A DNA stretch of 64,000 bases from Candidatus Acidiferrum sp. (GTDB taxonomy: Bacteria; Verrucomicrobiota; Verrucomicrobiia; Limisphaerales; UBA11358), in NCBI GenBank assembly GCA_035506715.1, contig DATJOW010000053.1, forward strand, positions 21,904-85,903. Reading direction: 5' to 3'. A program made the position numbers and the translations under genes. Of this stretch, positions 46,754 to 55,662 are shown one piece after another (within the stretch, counting starts at the first letter, position 1; each line of letters opens with the position of its first letter). The notes under the pieces are model-generated. The model saw only the letters and a program-made list of their open reading frames with translations, was not told the DNA's origin and ran no database searches.

Positions 46754-49159
46754 TCAAGGCTGCACAACGGCCCGGTAAAACCGGCTGTCGTCATTGGTCA
46801 CCGAATCCGTGACAATCTTTACCGAACCGTTACCGCTGAAGGTTTGCAGCGTCTGCCAATCCCCGGCGACCAGGTTTGTCCGGTATTCAACCGTGTACTG
46901 GTGCCCGGAGGTCGTCGGCAGGCTGAGAAGGATGGTGTCGCCGGTCACTCCGGCCGAGAGCACCGGAGGATTGGGATTATCCTGGTCCGGGTTGGGCCCG
47001 GGCGCCAGAACCGTCAATTCCACCGGGTCGGAACTTTCAACCTCGCCCACCTCGCCCGTGCCTGAGTCGAGTTCTGCCACGGCCGAGAGCCAATGCGTTC
47101 CCGCCGGGAGGCTATCAAGAGTGAGATCGTACCCGCCACCGACCGGGCTGGGCACAGCGTCGCCCAGATACGTCGGACCATCGTAGAATTTCACCCATTT
47201 CAAATTGCACGGCCCGACAGCGATGGCACGCGCCAGCACGGCGGTGTTCGTCAGGATCACGGAACCGTCATAGGGCGAGATGATCCTCACACATTTGGCC
47301 GGCGGCATGGTCACCTTGGTTGAACAACAGGCCACAAGATTGCTGTCGAACGTGGCCAGGTGGAAGGTGTTCGTTCCCGGGCACGGTGCCGTCCGCTGTA
47401 CCTGCAGGTTCAGGGTGCGGGTCTGACTGGGCAGCAGCAGGCTCCCGCCATAGGCCGGCAAGGTGAGATCCACCAGCGGCGGGAGGAACGTGACGCAGGA
47501 TTGATCGGCTCCGAAGCCGACAAATTTCAGCGGATAGGCGGTCACGTTTTGAATGGTAATCGAATAATTGTAGGTGCTGACCAGGCCCACGGTGTACAGG
47601 AAGGTGAGCGAGTTGGTGATGACGCGGTTGCAGCACGCGGGCAGGTTGAGACAATTCGGGATGCTGCAATCGAGAACGCCGGTGGAGCCCGCAAACGCGC
47701 CGATCTTGAAACAGACATTGGACAAGGTGACCGGGCCGCTGATGGTCACCGACAGATTGGTGCCTTGCCCGATACCCAAGGGTGGAATGAAGTTGAAACC
47801 GCCCGGGGTGAAACTGACACCGGCAGGAGGATTCAGAAGGGAGAGGGCAGTCAGCGGAACACCCTCCAGATTCGTGACGCAGAAATTATAAATCCACGTG
47901 CCGTCCGAGACGCATTCCAGGCTCTGGCAACCGATGGCGACGCACGCCCCTTGCCAGAGTTTGGTCACCGTGCCGGAAGTGATTGCGTGATCATGATTGT
48001 CGGTGTAGGAAGCGGTGATATAGTCCACCCCGAGTCCCCCGTTGCCCACGTAGGTGAAACAAGCCACGCCGTTCGAGTCGGTCAAAGTCGTATAATTGGT
48101 CACGGCGTTCGGCCCGCTGGAGATGGTGAAGGTCACCGGCACGCCAATTCGCGGGAAGACGTTGGTGGCGATGGTCGCGCAGACGGTGTGCGGCGTGCCG
48201 ATATTGTTGGTGGCTGCCGGCGGCCCGAGTTCGATCGTGCTGATGACCTTGACGCCTTCACCCCGCACCAGAATGTAGGGTACGCCGTTGCTGCCGTCGG
48301 TGGCTGTGTACATCCCGTTGGTCAGCGCGATGGCCAGCACCACAAAGCTCGACGGCCAGACATCGAAACCTTCGTGCGTCGAGCAACCCCAGTTACTCAG
48401 CTCGGCGTCGGTCAGCGGGGGTGCTGTCGTAAAGATCGGATGGGTGGCCACAATATGGGCGTCGTTGAAACACTGGTTCGGATAATTGCGGGTCAGGAAG
48501 GTGCCGAAGCCGGTGAGATGCGGCACGAGCGTCGCGTTCGTGGCGGGCGCCGTGTAGTCGTAATAGCAGCTGATCGCATAATAAAAGCCGGTTTTGGTGG
48601 GATCGTTCACGGCAAAAGCAACGCCGCGGTTGATCGTCTTGGCCGCCCCGTTGGTGGTCCAGGCGTGGCAGACATTGTCGATGCCCATGAGAATGACGTT
48701 GCCGTTTGCCGCCGGCGTCCAGAGGGTTTTAGTGGCGTTCAACGCGGTGAGGGCAGCAAGGTAATTTGACGTGCTGGTATTGCAGCTCGGGTCTCCAATA
48801 ATAATGGCGCGGTATTGATCGAAGCCAAAGCCGGTGGGGCCGCCCGTGCCCGTACCGGGAATGCCATACCAGTTGGCTGCAGAGCAAACGTCCACCGCAC
48901 AGCCGGGGATGGCCGCTTGCGCCGCCAGGGCCTCCCAACTGTTCGTGCCCCACAACACCGTCTCATCCAGAATCAGGACGCGGGGCGGGCTGCTGACCGG
49001 AGCGGCCTGGAGCGCCTCCGGCCGGAGCCCCATCCCGGCCAGGACAAGGACGAGCAGGGGAAGAAAACCCAAGCTACGAGGCTTGGTAAGGCCTCCGGGT
49101 AATGTCAGTCGAACAGATTTACGAGTGATCATACAATTGTCAGGTATTTGGTATGTCAT
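46754..49159 (-). CDS. large secreted Cys-rich protein, unknown function (tandem paralog B, with extra C-terminal domain)
   Basis: ATG at 49159 or 49132. It is collinear with paralog A, including an identical 44-aa run (TATDGSNGVPYILVRGEGVKVISTIELGPPAATNNIGTPHTVCAT). It has an extra tail of about 75 aa ending ...DDSRFYRAVVQP. Confidence 0.7.
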   Translation of the reverse strand: MTYQIPDNCMITRKSVRLTLPGGLTKPRSLGFLPLLVLVLAGMGLRPEALQAAPVSSPPRVLILDETVLWGTNSWEALAAQAAIPGCAVDVCSAANWYGIPGTGTGGPTGFGFDQYRAIIIGDPSCNTSTSNYLAALTALNATKTLWTPAANGNVILMGIDNVCHAWTTNGAAKTINRGVAFAVNDPTKTGFYYAISCYYDYTAPATNATLVPHLTGFGTFLTRNYPNQCFNDAHIVATHPIFTTAPPLTDAELSNWGCSTHEGFDVWPSSFVVLAIALTNGMYTATDGSNGVPYILVRGEGVKVISTIELGPPAATNNIGTPHTVCATIATNVFPRIGVPVTFTISSGPNAVTNYTTLTDSNGVACFTYVGNGGLGVDYITASYTDNHDHAITSGTVTKLWQGACVAIGCQSLECVSDGTWIYNFCVTNLEGVPLTALSLLNPPAGVSFTPGGFNFIPPLGIGQGTNLSVTISGPVTLSNVCFKIGAFAGSTGVLDCSIPNCLNLPACCNRVITNSLTFLYTVGLVSTYNYSITIQNVTAYPLKFVGFGADQSCVTFLPPLVDLTLPAYGGSLLLPSQTRTLNLQVQRTAPCPGTNTFHLATFDSNLVACCSTKVTMPPAKCVRIISPYDGSVILTNTAVLARAIAVGPCNLKWVKFYDGPTYLGDAVPSPVGGGYDLTLDSLPAGTHWLSAVAELDSGTGEVGEVESSDPVELTVLAPGPNPDQDNPNPPVLSAGVTGDTILLSLPTTSGHQYTVEYRTNLVAGDWQTLQTFSGNGSVKIVTDSVTNDDSRFYRAVVQP

Positions 49160-49514
49160 ACGGATTGCTTCTCCACGACTGTGTCCTCGACCAATGCCGG
49201 GAACCCGGTTACGACAGTCCACCCGCTTGGCAGGTCGGGGGAACTCGCCTGAATTCCCATTGGCGTGGATTGACGAGGCTTCTATCATAAACAATCCTTA
49301 CAGTCAACATAAATAATTTAAAACATTTCTCCTGATGTATCTGCCTCTGGCCCAAAGGCCAAGCGCGGGTCGGTCGGCCGCAAGCGGTAATTCCGCAAGC
49401 GGTTTATTTTGATTTTAATGGATGGTATTAGAATATCACCCAAACCTTGGGGGGGTCCGCCTTGGGACATCCCCGTCCCGCGGAAACAACGGTTCCTTCT
49501 CGGCCGGCTATGGG

Positions 49515-50033
49515 TCAGCACGTGCGGTCCCGCACTGCCCGTCGATGAGCGTCCAGTTGGATCTGCATCAGCCGCAATTCCTTTCGCAGGCGCCAGCCGT
49601 TCTGTTTCCAGAATCTCATCCCGGCGGCATTGGTGGCAAAGATAAAAATGTTGCACTTGGGGATGCCCGCCCGACGCAATTTCGCCAGACAGGCCTCCAC
49701 CAGTCGCCGGCCAAGGCCACACCGGCGATGGCCGCTGGCCACCGCCAAATGATGCAGGTAGCCGCGCCGGCCATCGTGACCGCCCAAAACCGCGCCGATG
49801 ATGCGTCCTCGCTGCTCTGCCACAAAACTGAGACGCGGATTGCGCTGCAGGTAGGCCATGATCGCCGGGCGCGTATCGGATTCGTTCAGCCCGACACCTT
49901 TCGTGCCCTGCCAGAGAGCGAGTACAGCGTCGTAGTCCGAGATGCGAAAAACGCGCACGCTCGTTTTGAGGGCGCGGGGAAGACAGACGCGGTTTTTCCC
50001 TGGCCCACGGCAAAATCTGGTGGGGATATTCAT
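49515..50033 (-). CDS. GNAT family N-acetyltransferase
   Basis: ATG at 50033. The acetyl-CoA binding motif is HLAVASGHRRCGLGRRLVEACL. It is divergent from the 50.3-kb operon. Confidence 0.75.
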   Translation of the reverse strand: MNIPTRFCRGPGKNRVCLPRALKTSVRVFRISDYDAVLALWQGTKGVGLNESDTRPAIMAYLQRNPRLSFVAEQRGRIIGAVLGGHDGRRGYLHHLAVASGHRRCGLGRRLVEACLAKLRRAGIPKCNIFIFATNAAGMRFWKQNGWRLRKELRLMQIQLDAHRRAVRDRTC

Positions 50034-50310
50034 GTTGCGGGCAACCGCCAAGGCGGCTACCGGGCGATGCTGATATGGAGCCGGCACGGGCGCAAGCGAA
50101 AGGAGTCCTCGCGGTGAAAAGAAATCCGTCGCCCAGGTGGGGTTATTCCGTGCAGTTGAGGCGTGGGAATCTATCGGCGTGCCGACATCACGGCCATCAA
50201 ATTCCCGGGGCGGTTTGCCACTTTCCGGCCGCCTGATTTCGCTGGTTCCTCCCCTAACGCGTGATAAGCTCTTCACGGTTAAGACCAAACCCGATTCGCC
50301 GTTTTCAATT

Positions 50311-51513
50311 ATGGATTGCGCGTCTGATTCCCGCTCTTCGGCCCATTCCCCGGGCAAGCCCGGCCCGTTGGCCTGGTTTGAGAGCATGATCGATCACTGC
50401 TGCGATTTCGCCGAGGCCGCCAAAGCGCAAGGCCGGCCGGTCGTCGGCATCATGTGTGAATTCACCCCGCGCGAAATCATCCTCGCCGCCGAGGCGGTGC
50501 CGGTCTGCCTGTGTGGCGGCTCGGCGGCCACCATTCCCGAGGCCGAGCAGTTTCTGCCGGCCAACCTGTGTCCCCTCATCAAATCCACTTTCGGCTACCA
50601 CATCAAAGGCACGAACCCATTTCTGAAATGGGCGGACCTGGTCGTGGCCGAAACGACCTGCGACGGCAAGAAGAAAATGTTCGAGCTGCTGGGCGCCACG
50701 AAACCGATGTATGTGCTCGAACTGCCGCAAAAGGCCGATGACGCCGATGCGCTCGAACACTGGACGCAGGAAGTGCGCAAGTTCAAGGAGCATCTGGAAC
50801 AGCGCTTCCAAACCCGTATCACCCAAGAAAAACTCCGTGCCGCCATCCGGCTGATGAATCGCGAGCGCGGCTTACGCCGGCAACTGGCCGACCTGATGGC
50901 TCGCGACCGGCCGCCGCTCACCGGCCGGCAATTGATTGAGTTCAAGGGCATCATCTCCGGCATTGAGGCCGACCTCCAACAATACGAAAAGGCGTTGGCC
51001 TTTTTTGATGGCGCAGATTCAAAATCCACCGCTTCGGGTTTGCCCGCTCCGGCAAAGGTCCGGGTGTTGTTGACCGGCGTACCGCTGGTTCACGGCGCGG
51101 AACGCGTCCTGGAAATCATCGAAAAGGCGGGCGCCGTGGTGGTGGCGATGGAAAATTGCACGGGCCTCAAACCCATTCTCGACGATGTGGACCCGGAGGC
51201 GCCGGACCCCGTTCGCGCCATCGCACATAAATATTACCATCTTCCTTGTTCGGTCCTGACGCCGAACACCCGGCGTTTCGAAACGCTCCGCGCGCTGGCG
51301 GCCAAATTCAGGCCGCAGTGTGTCATCGAACTCGTCTGGCAGGCGTGTCTGACCTACGACATTGAGTCACTCCAGGTCCGCAAGCTGGCCGAGGAGGAAC
51401 TTCAATTGCCCTACTTGAAAATCACGACGGATTATTCGCCGTCCGACTCGGCGCGCATCGCGGCGCGCGTCGAAGCCCTGCTGGAAACCGTCCGCGCCCG
51501 ACCGCCATTATGA
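50311..51513 (+). CDS. BcrC/BadD/HgdB-superfamily protein of the YjiM / double-cubane-cluster reductase type
   Basis: ATG at 50311. The Cys pattern is VGIMCEF...VPVCLCGGS...NLCPLIKSTFGY...ETTCDGKKKMFELL...MENCTGL. The family assignment is from memory. Confidence 0.7.
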   Translation: MDCASDSRSSAHSPGKPGPLAWFESMIDHCCDFAEAAKAQGRPVVGIMCEFTPREIILAAEAVPVCLCGGSAATIPEAEQFLPANLCPLIKSTFGYHIKGTNPFLKWADLVVAETTCDGKKKMFELLGATKPMYVLELPQKADDADALEHWTQEVRKFKEHLEQRFQTRITQEKLRAAIRLMNRERGLRRQLADLMARDRPPLTGRQLIEFKGIISGIEADLQQYEKALAFFDGADSKSTASGLPAPAKVRVLLTGVPLVHGAERVLEIIEKAGAVVVAMENCTGLKPILDDVDPEAPDPVRAIAHKYYHLPCSVLTPNTRRFETLRALAAKFRPQCVIELVWQACLTYDIESLQVRKLAEEELQLPYLKITTDYSPSDSARIAARVEALLETVRARPPL

Positions 51514-52316
51514 AATCCGCACCGCAAGTTCACCTGTCCGATGTGCAAACCGTTTACTCCGGACCGGAAGGCCGGCTCTGGGAATTGCTCATGGGCCAGC
51601 AAATCCACATCGGAGGGTTTGCCTCCTCCATGGACTTGGCCCGGCAGGCCGGCATCGCCGCCGGCGGGTCAGGCGCGGATCTCTGCTGTTGCACCGGCGC
51701 AGGCATGCGGTTTCTGGTGCGCTTCCTCAACGTGGCCCGTATGACCGGCGTGGACGCCACGCGGACCGTGCTGGATTTGGGGCGCCAACGCTGCGGCGAG
51801 GAAGGTCTCTCGGACCGGATATCCTTCGTCGAAGCCAACGTCTGCGCCACCGGCCTGCCAGCGGCAAACTTCGATTTCGTCTGGGGCGAAGACGCGTGGT
51901 GTTACGTCGAGGACAAGGCCAGACTGATTGCCGAAGCCGCGCGACTCATCAAACCCAACGGGCTGATTGCCTTCACCGATTGGATGGAAGGCCCAGTGGA
52001 ACTGACGGCCGACGAGGCGGCGCGGTATTTGACTTTCATGAAATTTCCCAACGTGCTCAGCCTGAAGGAATACACCGCGAGCCTCGAGGCCAACGGCTGC
52101 CGCGTGCGTATCGCCCAGGACACCGGACGGTTCCCGAAATATGTGCCGCTCTACCTCGACATGCTCGAAAAGCAACTGACCTACGACGCGCTGAAAATTA
52201 TCGGTTTTGACATGGTGCTGGCGCAGGCATTGATTGGGGAAATGCGGTTTCTCCAATGCCTGGCGGAAAATCGGAAGATTATCCAGGGCCTGATTGTCGC
52301 CCAAAAAAGCGCTTAG
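51510..52316 (+). CDS. class I SAM-dependent methyltransferase
   Basis: Its ATG overlaps the upstream stop (ATGA). Motif I is GADLCCCTGAGM, with downstream FVWGEDAWCYVEDKARLIAEAARLIKPNGLIAFTDW. Confidence 0.8.
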   Translation: MKSAPQVHLSDVQTVYSGPEGRLWELLMGQQIHIGGFASSMDLARQAGIAAGGSGADLCCCTGAGMRFLVRFLNVARMTGVDATRTVLDLGRQRCGEEGLSDRISFVEANVCATGLPAANFDFVWGEDAWCYVEDKARLIAEAARLIKPNGLIAFTDWMEGPVELTADEAARYLTFMKFPNVLSLKEYTASLEANGCRVRIAQDTGRFPKYVPLYLDMLEKQLTYDALKIIGFDMVLAQALIGEMRFLQCLAENRKIIQGLIVAQKSA

Positions 52317-52352
52317 GTTCCGATCTCCATATCTGGTTTGCCCTCCGCCACC

Positions 52353-53327
52353 ATGAACGTTTATTACAGCAGCCCATGGATTCCGGCGGAATGGATTCAA
52401 GCCCACGGCTTCGAACCGCGCGGCGCCTGGGCTGCCGAAGATTTCGGCCGGGGCGCATTGCCACTCGCCGCCGGCGTCTGTGCTTTTTCTGAAGCCGTGC
52501 TTCGCTTTGCCGAAACCCATTCGGAAGCGGCGATGATTTTCACCACGACCTGCGATCAACTGCGGCGCAGTTTTGATGTCTTCGCCGCAACGCCTGGCCG
52601 GCGTGCCTTTCTCTTCAATATTCCAGCCACCTGGCAATCCACCGCCGCCGACCGGATGTTTCAATCGGAACTGGAACGGCTGGGCCGCTTTCTCGAAGAG
52701 TTGGGTGGCCATTCGCCAAGCACGACAGATTTGGCAAATATCATCGAACACCGTGGCCGGGTCCGGCAAGATTTGCTGGAACTGGCGCCGCGCTGTTCTG
52801 CCCGGCAGTTCGCCGAAGCCATTGCCCGGTTTCATGAGAACGGATCCTGCGCCGCGCCCGATCCGGTTTTGCCGCCGGCCGCCGGCGCGATTCCGCTCGC
52901 CCTCGTTGGCGGTCCGCTGACGGTGGCGCAAGGGGATGTGCTGGATCTGATCGAAGCTGCCGGCGCGCGCGTTGTGCTCAACGCCACCGAAACCGGCGAA
53001 CGCAGCCTGTTGCCCGTCCTGGCCCCGGGAGACTTTCGTGACCATCCTTTCGCCGCCCTGGCGCGGCACTGTTTTGAGAATATTGCGGACGTTTTCCAGC
53101 GACCCAACACCCGCCTGTATTCCTGGTTGAAGGACCGTCTGGCGGCCCGCCGCGCGCGCGGCATCGTGCTCTGGGTCCACACCGGCTGCGACCTTTGGCG
53201 CGCTGAAGCCCAGAGCTTGCGCGAGACCTTCCAGTTGCCGGTTCTGGTGCTGGAAGCCGACGAGATGTCCGGCGGCTCCCGGCGGGAGGCCGACCGGATC
53301 CAGGCATTTGTGGAGACACGGCGATGA
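52353..53327 (+). CDS. 2-hydroxyacyl-CoA dehydratase / benzoyl-CoA reductase family subunit (HgdB-like)
   Basis: ATG at 52353, about 324 aa. AAGVCAF...IFTTTCDQLRR...VHTGCDLWRAE is typical of the HGD-D family. Confidence 0.65.
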   Translation: MNVYYSSPWIPAEWIQAHGFEPRGAWAAEDFGRGALPLAAGVCAFSEAVLRFAETHSEAAMIFTTTCDQLRRSFDVFAATPGRRAFLFNIPATWQSTAADRMFQSELERLGRFLEELGGHSPSTTDLANIIEHRGRVRQDLLELAPRCSARQFAEAIARFHENGSCAAPDPVLPPAAGAIPLALVGGPLTVAQGDVLDLIEAAGARVVLNATETGERSLLPVLAPGDFRDHPFAALARHCFENIADVFQRPNTRLYSWLKDRLAARRARGIVLWVHTGCDLWRAEAQSLRETFQLPVLVLEADEMSGGSRREADRIQAFVETRR

Positions 53328-54709
53328 ACGCGGTTCCCCGCAAACTGAGCCTGACGGACTGGGACGAGCGTTACGTCCAACTGCGGCACACTGGCCTGCG
53401 TGAACCGCCTTACGGTGGGCCGCTCCGCCGTCACGTCGCCCAGGAGCGGGATTATCGCCTCGAAAAGTTGCGCTTCGACAATTCGCCGGCGGCGCTCCGG
53501 CTCTGGAATTTTCTGCTCACTGAAAATGAGCGCCTGCATCAGGCCCGCGCCCGCGGTGAAAAAATCGTCGGCAGCATGAAGGACCTCGGCACGGTGCCGG
53601 TCATGGCTTATGCCCTGCCCGGCCTGCGGGCGTTTTATCCCGACGGAGCGTGGTGGACGCCGTGCCTCATGGAATGCAGCGACCGGCTGCTGCAACAGGC
53701 CGAAGGGCTGGGCATTGACGCGTCGTTCTGTCCGGTGCGCGCCATGCTGCCAGCGTTTTTGAACGGCGAACATTTCCCGCGGCCGGACCTGTTGATTTGC
53801 AGCACCGGCGCCGTTTGTGACGATTTCTCCGCCATCGCCCAGCGGCTGGAACGTATGGGGTTCCCGGTCGAATGGTGGGAAATGCCGCGCCGCCGCCGGC
53901 CTGATCCCGGCGAAGCTTCCTGCGCGCTGCCGGGAAATCTCAACGCTCCGCAGCTCCAGGTGGATTGCGTGCGCGAGGAATTGCGGCGCGTTGGCCAGTC
54001 ATTGAGCAGCCTGGCCGGCCGGCCCTTGGAGGAAGCGATGCTCGCGGACGGAATCCGCAGGGCGAACGAAGTCCGCCGCCGGCTTCAGGCGCTGCGGACC
54101 GTCGCGTATTCCGCTCCCGGCGCTCCGCTGCCGGCGCTGGAAATGCTGGTCGCGGAAATGCTGGCCATCCATTTTTGTTCCGATCGTGAGGAAACCATCG
54201 CGGTGCTCGGCGAACTGCTGGCCGTGGCGCAAGCACGCGTCCGGCAAAGCCAGTTCGTCATCGGCGGGGATGCCGTGCGGATATTCTGGGTGAACCCGGT
54301 GGCGGATTTGCGGGCCATGAACCTGCTGGAGGACTGGGGCGGGCGCGTCTGCGGTTCGGATTACATGTTCGCGCACGCGCTGGATTTGATCCCCGAAGAC
54401 CTGCCCCCGCTCGAAGCGCTGGCCCGGACGGCGCTGGCGGACCCGATGGTCGGCTCCACCGCGGACCGCGCCGCGCGTATCGTGGCCGACTGCCGGGAGT
54501 TCGGTGCGGAAGCCGTGGCGGTGTCGCGCATTCCCGGGGCCAGCCATTGCGCGCGCGAAGGTGAAATAATCCGGGAAATCGTGCAAAAAGCGCTGGGTCT
54601 CCCGACAATCGAGCTTGAAATCCCGCCGATCTGTGATGCCATGCTGCCGACGCTGGGCTCGCGGTTGCAGGCGTTGATGGAAACCGCGCGCGCCCGGAGG
54701 AAAAAATGA
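53324..54709 (+). CDS. 2-hydroxyacyl-CoA dehydratase / benzoyl-CoA reductase family subunit (HgdA-like, larger)
   Basis: Its ATG overlaps the upstream stop (ATGA). 461 aa with GEKIVGSMKDLGTVPVMAY...FCPVRAML...LICSTGAVCDD...SRIPGASHCAREG. Confidence 0.65.
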   Translation: MNAVPRKLSLTDWDERYVQLRHTGLREPPYGGPLRRHVAQERDYRLEKLRFDNSPAALRLWNFLLTENERLHQARARGEKIVGSMKDLGTVPVMAYALPGLRAFYPDGAWWTPCLMECSDRLLQQAEGLGIDASFCPVRAMLPAFLNGEHFPRPDLLICSTGAVCDDFSAIAQRLERMGFPVEWWEMPRRRRPDPGEASCALPGNLNAPQLQVDCVREELRRVGQSLSSLAGRPLEEAMLADGIRRANEVRRRLQALRTVAYSAPGAPLPALEMLVAEMLAIHFCSDREETIAVLGELLAVAQARVRQSQFVIGGDAVRIFWVNPVADLRAMNLLEDWGGRVCGSDYMFAHALDLIPEDLPPLEALARTALADPMVGSTADRAARIVADCREFGAEAVAVSRIPGASHCAREGEIIREIVQKALGLPTIELEIPPICDAMLPTLGSRLQALMETARARRKK

Positions 54710-55497
54710 TTTGCGCCGGCATAGATGCGGGATCACGCTCGATCAAGGTGGTGCTGTTCGACACCGAGCAGCAGCGCGTTCTCTCCAGCAGCATCGGTGA
54801 CCAGGGCGTGGCCCAAGAGCAACTGGCGCGGGGACTTTTTGAACAGGCGCTGAGGGACGCCGGCCTCGAACGTTCGCGCGTTGCCGCCGTGGTGGCCACC
54901 GGGTACGGCCGCAATGCCGTCCGCTTCGCCGACACCACCATCACCGAAATCACCTGCCACGCGCGCGGCGTGCATCACGTGGCGCCGGACGCGCGCACGA
55001 TCATCGAAATCGGCGGCCAGGACAGCAAGGTCATCCATCTTGAGGACGGCGGGCGGGTCCGGGATTTTGCCATGAACGACCGGTGCGCCGCCGGCACGGG
55101 CCGGTTTCTGGAAATGGTCGCAACGCGGCTGGGGGTGGACTGGCCGAAACTGGCGGAGCTGGGGCAGGCGAGTCAGAAGCCGGCGCTCATCAGCAACATG
55201 TGCGTCGTGTTTGCCGAAACGGAAATCATCGGGCTGCTGGCGGAAGGCGTGCCGGTGCCCGATGTGGTGGCCGGGGTGCAGAATGCGATGGCGACGCGGG
55301 TGGTCGCGCTGGCCGGGCGCTCGGCCGTTCCACCGGTCTATTTCACCGGCGGCGTGGCCCTGCAACCGGGCATGTCGCGCGCGCTGGCCGAAGCCCTGTC
55401 CGCGCCGCTCCGCGTGGCGCCGCAGCCGCAGTTCACCGGCGCGCTCGGCGCGGCGCTGCTCGCGGGCGACCGGCACAGAATGAAGGCTCCGCAATAA
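54706..55497 (+). CDS. acyl-CoA dehydratase activase (BcrAD/BadFG/HgdC-type ATPase)
   Basis: Its ATG overlaps the upstream stop (ATGA). Motifs are ICAGIDAGSRSIKVVLFD, EIGGQDSKVI, NDRCAAGTGRFLE and FTGGVAL. Confidence 0.85.
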   Translation: MICAGIDAGSRSIKVVLFDTEQQRVLSSSIGDQGVAQEQLARGLFEQALRDAGLERSRVAAVVATGYGRNAVRFADTTITEITCHARGVHHVAPDARTIIEIGGQDSKVIHLEDGGRVRDFAMNDRCAAGTGRFLEMVATRLGVDWPKLAELGQASQKPALISNMCVVFAETEIIGLLAEGVPVPDVVAGVQNAMATRVVALAGRSAVPPVYFTGGVALQPGMSRALAEALSAPLRVAPQPQFTGALGAALLAGDRHRMKAPQ

Positions 55498-55662
55498 GCA
55501 CCGCGTCTGACAGAGCGGCCGCTTTCTACAAACTGCTTCATGCCGCAGCCTGCTCTGGGCAAGACCGCTACTGCGGACCCGCAAGCAAGGTTGACCTGGC
55601 CGATTCGGGGAGTCATTCTGTCCGGGTTGCTTCACCTGAAACCGGCCCGCGAGGCAAAACCA

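Noticed and set aside
52314-52355. The methyltransferase stop (TAG at 52314-52316) is in the same frame as the next HgdB-like ORF, suggesting a possible read-through or pyrrolysine fusion.
   Set aside because: There is no pyl machinery or other signal. The downstream gene has its own ATG at 52353 with a typical family N-terminus. Frame coincidence is the simplest explanation.
55498-55662. I searched the activase-selA spacer and other intergenic gaps for tRNA-Sec (selC).
   Set aside because: I found no cloverleaf with a UCA anticodon loop and long variable arm. The only tRNA recognised is tRNA-Leu(CAA) at 17807-17893.
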